Source of the DNA: Naegleria gruberi
Lineage: Eukaryota
DNA length: 64,000 bases
Assembly: GCA_000004985.1 (NCBI GenBank)
Contig: GG738890.1
Direction: 5' to 3' (one strand)
Shown here: piece after piece, positions 54,706 to 64,000 of the stretch
How positions within the stretch are numbered: position 1 is the stretch's first letter
How the letters are laid out: every line of letters begins with the position of its first letter
Translations under genes and position numbers: made by a program
The notes under the pieces: generated by a model
The model's database searches: none
The model's input: the letters and a program-made list of their open reading frames with translations, nothing else
What the model was told of the DNA's origin: nothing

Positions 54706-54997
54706 TTTAATATATTTGTTTTGATTGTTTTTTTTAAAGTTTGTTATTTTGTTTGGCAAAGACTTATTGCGAAAGAAATATCTATTTATATTATTGGAAG
54801 AAGATAGATTATACGCACGGATCCAGGTCCGTAATGAGGACAGTTTCTGATAACCGGTCAAGAAAATGGCAAAGTTGACATGTCATGATGGAAATTCCTT
54901 TCTGTGAAATGTTAGAAATTTCAAAGAACTTAAAAATCCAAATGGAAAATTCCAAAAATTATTTAATAATTCTTTTCATTGTAATAAATTTACATGT

Positions 54998-56067
54998 TTA
55001 TTCCATGAAAGATTTAATAATTGTTTGACTGTCAGTAATCTTCTTCTTTGGATCAGCAATTGGAAGAATGGAACCATCTTGACATTGAATATACAACACA
55101 GATTCATCATTTGAAAGTTTCATTGCTTGGAATTTGGAAATTGATTCAGGTCTTGCTGTAGATCCATAATTTTCAGAATCCAAATTAATGTAGTGAATAT
55201 TGTCACTAGTCAAAACCAATAACAAGTGTCTACTTGGTGACATGAACATATCCAATACTATTTCAATTAACAATTCTCATGAAAATTAATCTATGAACAC
55301 TTACCTTTTTCACATGATGGAATAGTTCTGAAATTGTACATTGGAGAAACGTCACTCATCAAGAACATGAACATGTTGTGATATTCTCCCTTTCTGGACC
55401 CATTAATCTTCTTGCAATTAACAAAATCAGGAGTATTCTCATCTGCATGAATAAACACAACATTGGCATCATGTGAAACCAAAGCATGATGAATTCCAAA
55501 TTCTTTAAACTTGTCAAATGAATAGAGATGATCTTCAACCACTCTCTTTTTGACAATCTTGTTAAAAGTAACAGATCTCAATCGGTAGTCATTGCAGAAC
55601 ATGTAAACCTTATTACCTTTGCCACCTTCGACCATGAAATTGAAACTTGTGCAAGTGGTGGTGCTGTCAGGGAAAATTTTGACAGCTTCAATCAGTTTGA
55701 CAATTTCACTGCCATTCCAATCAAAGCGAATGTAGGTGGCATCTTTAAGGAAGACGAAAGCAGTTCCAAATTGGAATTTGATACTTTGAATTCCATGCAT
55801 GGCGATACTGTAAAGTTTAGTCAAAGTTTCGTAATTCCAAATGGCCAATTCGCTCTCAGTCCATGAGAAACCAACTTGATAGTCATCACTGTGGGTGATA
55901 CCCAAGACTTTACCTTCATGAATCTTGTTTCGAATAGGTGTGCCATGGGAAGCAGCAGAATCATTTAATGTGATAGACGAAAGTGTACCATCTTCTCTAC
56001 CAATAATTAACTGTTGAGTAGTATTTGAATTGTTTGGCTTGAAAGCGTAAAAGGCAGTGAATGACAT
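54998..56067 (-). CDS. hypothetical protein (possible beta-propeller); 2 exons
   Basis: Exon 1 (55305-56067) and exon 2 (54998-55257) are joined by a 47-nt intron at 55258-55304 (minus-strand gtaagtgttcat...gaaatag), giving ...PSCEKG|VLDMFMSPSR. No family recognised. Confidence 0.4.
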
Positions 56068-56786
56068 TTTTTTAAATAAATCAAAGCAATGATGATCGTT
56101 TGATTTGATTTGAGAGTCAATTGAGTGTTAAATACCTAAGGCATCAAATCTCGAGATATGCAAATGAATGTTTCAGCACATTTTCAATGTTGTTAATACG
56201 AGTTGTGCAAGGCAAGAATGGAAATATCCAGCAAGATACTGCAACACTGTTGTCGCATTTATACACTTGTTTTTGTCCGTTTTACAATTACAGCTCACCG
56301 CTCCAATTAGCCGTTTAAAAAAATAAAAAAATTCTAATATAATATGAAAATTTTAATTTAAAAAAAAATCACCAATGCTCACTGATTAGATCCTTACCAC
56401 AAGGGATGAAGGTCATCAAAGAGGTGTTTACACCGATAAGTACATCTGAATATTGAAAAGGAAGTTGTATCTTATTCTCTTGCAAGCTTGAATATTATTA
56501 GCTGAAGCTGTTCATCACGGATAATACCTCTACTAACACATGGTGATGAAAAATAATAATATTATTTAAATATATCTAATATATTATTCAACAACCTCCG
56601 TGGAGATTGAACATGAAAAAATCTTACGAACAAACTGAATTTCCGCCACTAATACGAAAAATATCAAAAACCAAAAAAAATTGGCGCTTTTTCATTGGTT
56701 CATCACGCGTATTTTTTGATCATCATCAAATATTATTTATAATTTAATTATTCTTTAATAAAAAACCAAACACATAATTGTTAACA

Positions 56787-57575
56787 ATGTCAAAGAAGGA
56801 ACTTTTAAAGGTTATTGTCTTGGGAGATTCTTCCGTTGGTAAGACTAGTTTGATGAATCAGTTCGTTAGTAAAAAGTTTTCAACTCAATACAAGGCTACT
56901 ATTGGAGCAGACTTTTTAACGAAGGAGGTTATGATTGAAGATAAGATGTGTTCCTTGTCAATTTGGGATACTGCTGGTCAAGGTTTGTTTATTGGATATT
57001 TAAATTTATTATAATTATTAATAACGAATTTATTGTTGAACGTTTCTAAATATTATTACTAATATTATTGGATAAATACATATTCTTATTGGAAATAATA
57101 TCAAACAGAACGTTTCCACAGTTTGGGATTTGCATTCTTTAGAGGATCCGATGCTTGTGTACTTGTTTTTGATATTACTGTACCAAAGACATTTGAAAAT
57201 GTTAATAATTGGAGAGATGAATTCTTGATGCAAACCACTCCAGAAGATCCTGATAATTTCCCATTCGTACTCATTGGAAACAAGGTTGACATGGAAAACA
57301 TGAGACAAGTCCAACAAAAACAGGTCACTAATTGGTGTAGAAGTAAGGGCAATATTCCATATTTTGAATGTAGTGCCAAGGATGGTACCAATGTAGAAAA
57401 TGCCTTTGGTATGTAGACAAGTTTGTTATTATGTTGTTAATAATTGTGAATTGTAGTAACTTTGGCAAAGAGAGCATTATCAGTGGCTAAGGAAGATATT
57501 ATTCAAAGAAATGAAGGGTTGACAGACTTTGGAGACGAACCAAAGCCTCAACAAAACACTGGTTGTTCTTGTTAA
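56787..57575 (+). CDS. rab7: Rab7 small GTPase; 3 exons
   Basis: Near-identical to Rab7 across G1 ([10 protein letters not shown]), the effector loop ([13 protein letters not shown]), G3 (WDTAGQERF, split by intron 1), G4 (GNKVD), G5 (SAK) and the C-terminal CSC prenylation motif. Exons are 56787-56982, 57109-57408 and 57457-57575. Introns are 56983-57108 (126 nt, gtttgt...acag) and 57409-57456 (48 nt, gtatgt...ttgtag). Confidence 0.9.
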
Positions 57576-58376
57576 TTATAAGCAAGAGATTAACTTGTAA
57601 TTGTATCATACTATCTAATTTATACACATATTTGTACATATTTTCTACTTTATAAATTATTGTTTGATTTTACACGAATTGATAATATTATAAATACTGA
57701 CAACTTTAATTGTCCTTTAATCTCTTAATATCCCTAAAAACCTAACCCTTGACATGATGAAATAATTACATTTACAATTGTCTCTATATTAGAGAATTTA
57801 AGATTTGGATAAACAGTTGTGCCATAACTACTTTACCTGGCTTATGGCTTGTGTTAAAATAAGGTTAAAATCAAAAGAAAGACTAAAATTTCCTAAAATA
57901 CAATGGATACCTAGTTGGATGGAGGCCATTTCATGCCTTAATGGAGGCATGAATTTTGCCATTCTTCATTTCGCATCTCTTTTACCATTCCAATCAAGTT
58001 ACCGCATGTGTAATATAGAATTATCACATCCAATATTATACCTCTATAACATTTATAATAATCTCAATAATTCAACAAACAATTAATCATTTAATGTGAT
58101 AAATACCTCTCCTTAAGATAGTGGGTTCAATACGGGAAATATATTTTACCTGCGATTTTTTGAAAACGCCAAAAACCAATTCACTTCCTTAATTAGCCCT
58201 CGAATTTCAAGTTTGGTTTTCTCCTCCTACGTAAAAAACAAAAGAAAAACGCCAAAATCTTAAAAACCCCTTAACAAATCAACCTTAATTGCCGAGTTGA
58301 ATCTTGAAACAAACTCTAAACTCTATATTTTACAGAGAAAAGTAGCTTGTTAAATATTGATTGATTAATAATAATA

Positions 58377-61300
58377 ATGGAGGAGAAGAAGGTGATTAAC
58401 AGTATTACCATTTCATCTTCGGACGCCAGCAATGAAGAGTTTCTAGATTATAAAAACCCTCATGAATCCAATTCGGTAGGAGGACATAACGAGAGTGGTA
58501 ACAATGTAAGAAATACTAATAATACTGTGGGAGCACCATCACACATTGGTGGTGGCTCATCAACAATATCATCGGGTCAACAATCATCAGCTCTCACTGG
58601 TAATAACAAATTTATAACTCTGAGAGAAACCCTATTTCAATTCCTAATATCACTTAATGTTAAAACGCCTAAGGTTAATTCCAAAAGAGGTGCCTTTATT
58701 AATTTTCTCTTATACTCATACCTATTGTATATAACTGTGATTATTTCTTCGAGCCCTAGCTTGATATCACAAGATCCAACAACCTCTACATCATCATCAT
58801 TGAATAGTTCTAATAGTATGTTATGGGGAGGTATTCCTGGATGGATTTGGAGAGTACTCTTCTATCCAATCAATCTAGGGGCTGAACATTATCCGTATGA
58901 GGCAATTGTTTCACTCTTGGCTATATTTGTGGCCATTGAGGGAATGGCCTTATTTTTCTTCTACTTGTTCAAAGTTTTTGTAGATAGGGGAAGTAAGGTC
59001 GTGCCTAGAATGAGGATAGCGCTTAGGATATTCTCTATGGTCGTATTATTCCTTTCTCCCTTCATTGTTTGGATACACTCCATTCCTATGGCTATCTATT
59101 CTTCAAATGGGTCATTGACTCACTTTCCAACCATTCAGTACAATTCTCCAATGAACATTGCAGCTATAGTCATTGGATGTGTTGGCATAGTACTAACAAT
59201 TATTATAACACTGATAGGATCCTATATTGTTGTGGAAACAATACCTCCTTCGTTGAGATATATCTTTTTTGCTGCTGAAAGAGTTTACCCTCTCACTGCC
59301 TTATTCATTTTCAACCAATTATCAGTTTTACTCACTGTAATATGTGATGTGAATTATGTAATTGTTGGCTCCTCTTTAAAAATAGTTCTTTCACTGCTAT
59401 TGATTGGAATTTTTGCTAATCGATTGCCATTCTTTAAGAGATTTGAAAATTCAATATTGATTGGAATTTTATGTGCCCGAGTTGTTGGATCGATTGGTCC
59501 AATAGTTAGTCATTCAATATTAGTGAATAGTAGTGGTCTTTCTTCTCAATTGGTGGAGACAATTGGCGGATCTGTTACTGGAGGAACATTGGTGTTAATG
59601 ATTGGATTTTTCATTCTCTCAACAACAATATTTCAAATTTACCTTATTTTGATGACAAGAGGTGTTAAAAAATCCCTCAGAGAATTATTCAACAACAGAA
59701 AAACCTCCAAAACAGAGAGTATCAAATATTACATGAACTGTGAGGAAACACATACTTTGAAAAAGTTGCTCACCTTTATGAAATTTTCCTTAAATAGTTT
59801 TGAAGAGAAGGAAGATTCAGATTTTGAGATTTGTAACAATTTAGTTCAGAGCTGTATGAATACCAAAGTTGCAATTGATGTTGAATATTTAATCTTATCA
59901 GGAATGTACTTTGGTTTCTTTGGCGATGCTGATGCTAATTTGACGAATTCTGTGATTTCGATTGGAATAATGACGAGAGGATTGAAGCACCAACCTAACA
60001 TTATTCAAAAATTCCACATTATTCTAAGAACGAGGGAGATTGAATCCATAGCCTCTCAATCCAATGCTTTCAACCTTGAACTCAAGCAACAAATGAGCTC
60101 TCTGGATAAGAAACAAGTTCTCATCATGTATTTTCACAGAGAATTCTTCAAAGAACTCTTGAGTGATAAGCCACACATTGTCAAATTGGAAAATATTAAC
60201 AGAACTGTCACTAAAATGGTGAATGACTGTGATAATAGATATAGAAATTTGGCAGCCATGCACCGAAACAACAAGACTCTGTTAAGATCATATGCTGTAT
60301 ATTTGGAAACCTTGCGTTTTGAAAAGGAGGCAGCTCAAGAATTATATGAAGAAGCCAATACTCTCGAGGAGGAAGAAGTCAAGAGAGGAAGAAGACCCAC
60401 TCACAAAACAAGTCGTTTCTTTGTCCCTCAAAAAGGTGGTTCTAGAAATAGAGTCTTTCCAGTAACAACCACTTCAGAAATGAGAAGGGATTTCACACCC
60501 GCTAATGATGACGTTCAAGAGATGGTTATTGTCGATGAAGAGAATTGGGATTCTGTCAGTGCCATGCAAGATGAAGGAACCAAGAAGGAGATTGTCTATC
60601 GAATGGCTCTCAATTCACCAGATGACAATAAGAATTACACAATTTGGTTTGCTCTATTTTGCTTTTTCACAGTCATTGTATTCGTTACTTGTTTGGCAAC
60701 TTCATTATCAATCAATGACGAAACTTCGAAGAGAGTTTCACTTCAGGAGACAGTTTGCAGTTTGAGTTCAATACCTTCATTGATGGCTCAACAAATGAGA
60801 GCCATTCTAGCCAAGTTCAATCACGCCTCACATCCAGAGGATTTGGTTGAATTGGAAATTATCAAGTCAGTTTCTAGAAAACAAATAGAATATCTAATAT
60901 CCAAGGTACAGCTTGTGCAATATGCTTCTACATCTGGGGCTTTTATTGAACAAGTTGTCAAGACCTATACGGATCAGAGTTGGGACTATTACATTCCCAC
61001 AAAACAATTTGATGAATTGGCAGATCCATTGTATGATATTGGTAACTCATCGGTTGGTCAATTTGTAGATATGATTATTGATTCAGGAAGTGATATTATT
61101 GATGGAATGGAGGATTTAACCACTTTCAATAAGACTCTATCCAATTATCCGTTTCTTCTCATCTTCCTTAATAGAAAGCACTTGACAGAGGCATTTGATT
61201 CATTTTGTGTAACTTTTATTGAAGGATCAAAATATAGCTCCCAACAAGGAAGTATAATTTTTCACAGCGTTTGTTGTGGAGTTTTGGGACTTTACCTTGT

Positions 61301-63653
61301 ATTCACCTCTATTTATCTTTTCGTGCTGAGAACAGAACTATTACAATTACACAGAATATTCAATAAGGTTTTCACAAAGGTTCCCAAAGATGAGACTGGT
61401 AAAATTTTCCATTCATTTGATAAGAAGGTCGAAGATGAAATTAGAAAAGAGAATAGAACTATTTTCACACCGCAGGCAATGTTCTTGTCTTTCACAATTG
61501 CCACTATTGTGGTAGTGGTTATTGTAACCATTTTGGTAATTGTAGAATTCAATATCAATGCTAGATCTGCAGAGTCGACCATGTTAGCAACCAATTCTAT
61601 GAATACCGTAGTATTAAGCTCCATGGTTGTTAATTTTAACTTGTTAGAAATGATATTAGAAAGTCATTTGTATCCAATACCACAAGAAACCATCAAGAAG
61701 ATTAATATTGAACAGCTGGCTATAGCGAACTTTGCTTGGAGAGCTATTTCTGTAGGAAGTGAATCGAATAATTACAAGAGTTCCATCTATGGAGTTTATG
61801 AAGAAATTGATCAGTTATTGAAAGGCAGTTGTGTGAATGCTACAGGCTCACCTGAAAGGCTGACAAACACTACTGAAATGATGGCAGTTCTAGATTGTAT
61901 GGGAATGGAAGATTTAGTAGATATGTTTGTTTCTCATGCTACTGAATTCAATCAAGATTTTGCTGTCTCACTTAACGAACCTGAAACTGAAGTGGAAAAT
62001 TACTTTTCACATATTTATTATGTTTCGATTTATCTTTCACAAAAATTATTTGAATTTATCAAGACATTTGTTTCACATTCAAAGAATGCATCAATTGTCA
62101 TTACATATGCATCTTGCTTTGGTGGATTGGGTATTGTTTTGGTTCTATTCTACTTTTCCTATACATTCCTTCAAAACTTTTGGGATGAAAAGCATCATGC
62201 TAGAACAATGCTCAACTATGTTAAGTGGAATATTTTGGAACAGAATAGAGAGCTTAATCAATTTGTTATTTCACACGAAATTGGTGGATTTACCTATTCC
62301 ACTGTTGAAAAGATTGCAAATAAGGTAAAGAAAGGGATGAGTAGTGAAGAGGAGGAGGCAGAAGATCCAATGTCAATGACCATCTCAATTCTAAATGCAA
62401 CCACAGATGGTAGTGTTATTTGTAATCATGAAGGTGCTATTCAAGTGTTCAACAATGCAGCTGAAGATATGTTTGGATGTAGAAAGAGTCAAGTTGTTGG
62501 TCTCGATATTTCAAATCTGTTCTCTATGGAGGATCAACCAAGAGTTTTGAAATTTATTACCTTAATGAATTCATCCAGCAATGTAGGAGGAGAGGTATTG
62601 GAAATAGATTGTCAGAGAAGAAACCAGACTATTTTCCCTGCCAAAGTCACTCTATGTGTCAGCTACTATAATAAGAAACCAATTTTTTCATGTTTCATTA
62701 GAGATGTTACAATGGAAAAGAAGCAAAATGCACTGATTCAAGAAGAAAAGAAGAAGAGTGAAGAACTCTTGTTGAATATTCTTCCAAAACCAGTTGCTCA
62801 TAGATTGATGGAAGGTGAAAGAAATATTTCAGAAAAGTTTGGAGATGTTTCTGTTTTCTTTTCAGATATGGTTGGATTTACCAAATTTTCATCCCAGATG
62901 GAAGCTTCTGATTTGGTCACCATGTTAAATCAAATTGTGGAGGGATTTGATTCTCTCACTGATAGGCATGGATTGGATAAGATTAAAACCATTGGTGATG
63001 CCTTCTTTGCTGTAGGAGGTTTATATGCTTCAAAATCGAGCGACCATCCTGAGAGAGCTTTGAAATTCTCAATTGATGTTTTTGGATTTTTGAATCAATT
63101 TAATAAGAATGAAAAGAGGAATATTAATATTCGTATTGGACTTCATACCGGACCGTGTGGTAAGTAGTAACATGTTTATTCATGAATACTGAAAATTAAA
63201 GTTGGTGGAGTGATTGGTAAACTCAAATTTGCCTACGATTTGTGGGGTGATACAATCAATACTGCCTCAAGAATGGAATCTACAGGTGTCCCGGGAAGGA
63301 TTCACATGAGCAGATCAACCTATGAGCGTGTTCATGACTTGGGATTCAAGTTTGAGGAAAGAGACGAAATTATGGTAAAAGGAAAAGGCAAGATGAAAAC
63401 CTATTTACTTCACAGCAAGCACCACTTGCCAGCTTTGGAAGAATATGACATTACAGTTAGTACAGACGCTATTCCAGTGGAGAATAATGGATTGGAAGCA
63501 GCAAGATTAAATATTCCAAAAGTGAAAAGCATGTCTGGTCTCTCCCAAATATCAAACTTGGACGACTATATGGTTTCAAATAGGTCTGAAACAAGAAGTT
63601 ATGGGTCCATGAGCCAAAGAGGAAGCGCTGAAGATTTTAGTAAATATCAATAA
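58377..63653 (+). CDS. large polytopic membrane protein with PAS domain and C-terminal class III adenylate/guanylate cyclase catalytic domain; 2 exons
   Basis: About 10 N-terminal TM helices and additional TM pairs in the middle. A PAS-like segment sits near residues 1340-1440. The cyclase-linker motif is LLNILPKPVAHRLMEGE. Cyclase homology domain motifs are FGDVSVFFSDMVGFT, KIKTIGDAFFAVGG and RIGLHTGPC|VGGVIGKLKFAYDLWGDTINTASRMES. A 42-nt intron at 63160-63201 (gtaagtagtaac...attaaag) interrupts the cyclase domain. Exons are 58377-63159 and 63202-63653. Confidence 0.8.
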
Positions 63654-63732
63654 ATCTGTTGTGGGCTATGAATTATTGGAAGTATTGGGTTATTTTGAAA
63701 TGAAATGCTTTATTAAACATCTATCTTTCATT

Positions 63733-64000
63733 TTACAAGTCACCAATGGAAAGGTTGCTAGAACTTAAATGGGATTGTTTGGTTGAGCTGATGTTAGACA
63801 TTTCGGAAGCCATCTTTACTAGATCTGCACTCAAAAAGGCAACACACTCAGAGAAGGTAACTTGTTGATTATTGTTCGGATCAATGGTGGAAATACTTGT
63901 CATCAATTCAGACTCATTACAATTTGGATTTACCGTCATTAATAATCTCTTAATCTCAACTTGGTTCAAAATACCATCTCTGTTGATATCAATTTCTCTA
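63733..64000 (-). CDS. EF-hand calcium-binding protein, 3' part (gene extends beyond window end)
   Basis: Minus-strand translation across the window end gives a canonical EF-hand loop, DINRDGILNQVE. The ORF is open to position 64000. A further EF-hand-like region (DPNNNQQVTFSE) follows. Confidence 0.5.
   Translation of the reverse strand, partial: REIDINRDGILNQVEIKRLLMTVNPNCNESELMTSISTIDPNNNQQVTFSECVAFLSADLVKMASEMSNISSTKQSHLSSSNLSIGDL

Noticed and set aside
57805-58086. 93-aa ORF between Rab7 and the cyclase gene (also 56121-56318)
   Set aside because: These are short ORFs in promoter or intergenic DNA with no motif or start context. They are likely spurious.
1-64000. CRISPR arrays, prokaryotic operons or defence islands
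   Set aside because: No short regularly spaced direct repeats were found. The genes have spliceosomal introns and eukaryotic domain architectures, and the tRNAs have eukaryotic features (intron, oligo-T terminators). The window is eukaryotic nuclear DNA.

Overview
This is an AT-rich, gene-dense eukaryotic nuclear window using the standard genetic code. About 30 protein-coding genes sit on both strands. Most are intronless; a few carry very short introns (42-126 nt) with GTAAGT donors and TAG/CAG acceptors. Many proteins contain N/Q/S/T-rich low-complexity runs, and start codons sit in A-rich contexts. The gene content (hybrid histidine kinase, membrane PAS-cyclase, RBR-helicase megaprotein, Rnl2-like RNA ligase) and the base composition suggest an amoeboid protist. 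A dictyostelid-like amoebozoan or a Naegleria-like heterolobosean both fit, and I cannot say which. I found nothing prokaryotic: no CRISPR array and no recognisable transposon ORF.

Genes I can support: eIF2-alpha kinase family, LZTR1-like Kelch/BTB, ARPC1-like WD40, RluA pseudouridine synthase, CCCH-DEAH-helicase-RBR protein, atypical Rho-like GTPase, GT1 sterol glycosyltransferase, syntaxin, RIO kinase, EEP phosphoesterase, patatin-like phospholipase, MYND/RanBP2 zinc-finger protein, hybrid sensor histidine kinase, NmrA-like reductase, Rab7, a large membrane PAS nucleotidyl cyclase, an EF-hand protein (partial) and several hypotheticals. There are two tRNA genes: tRNA-Met(CAU) and an intron-containing tRNA-Ile(UAU).

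The most unusual structure is a ~4.4 kb segment at 17447-22059 bounded by ~175 bp direct repeats of ~95% identity. The distal repeat is the true 3' end of an Rnl2-family RNA ligase gene. The proximal repeat is an orphan duplicate. The segment between them carries an F-box/LRR gene that looks disrupted and an orphan DEAH-signature P-loop NTPase.
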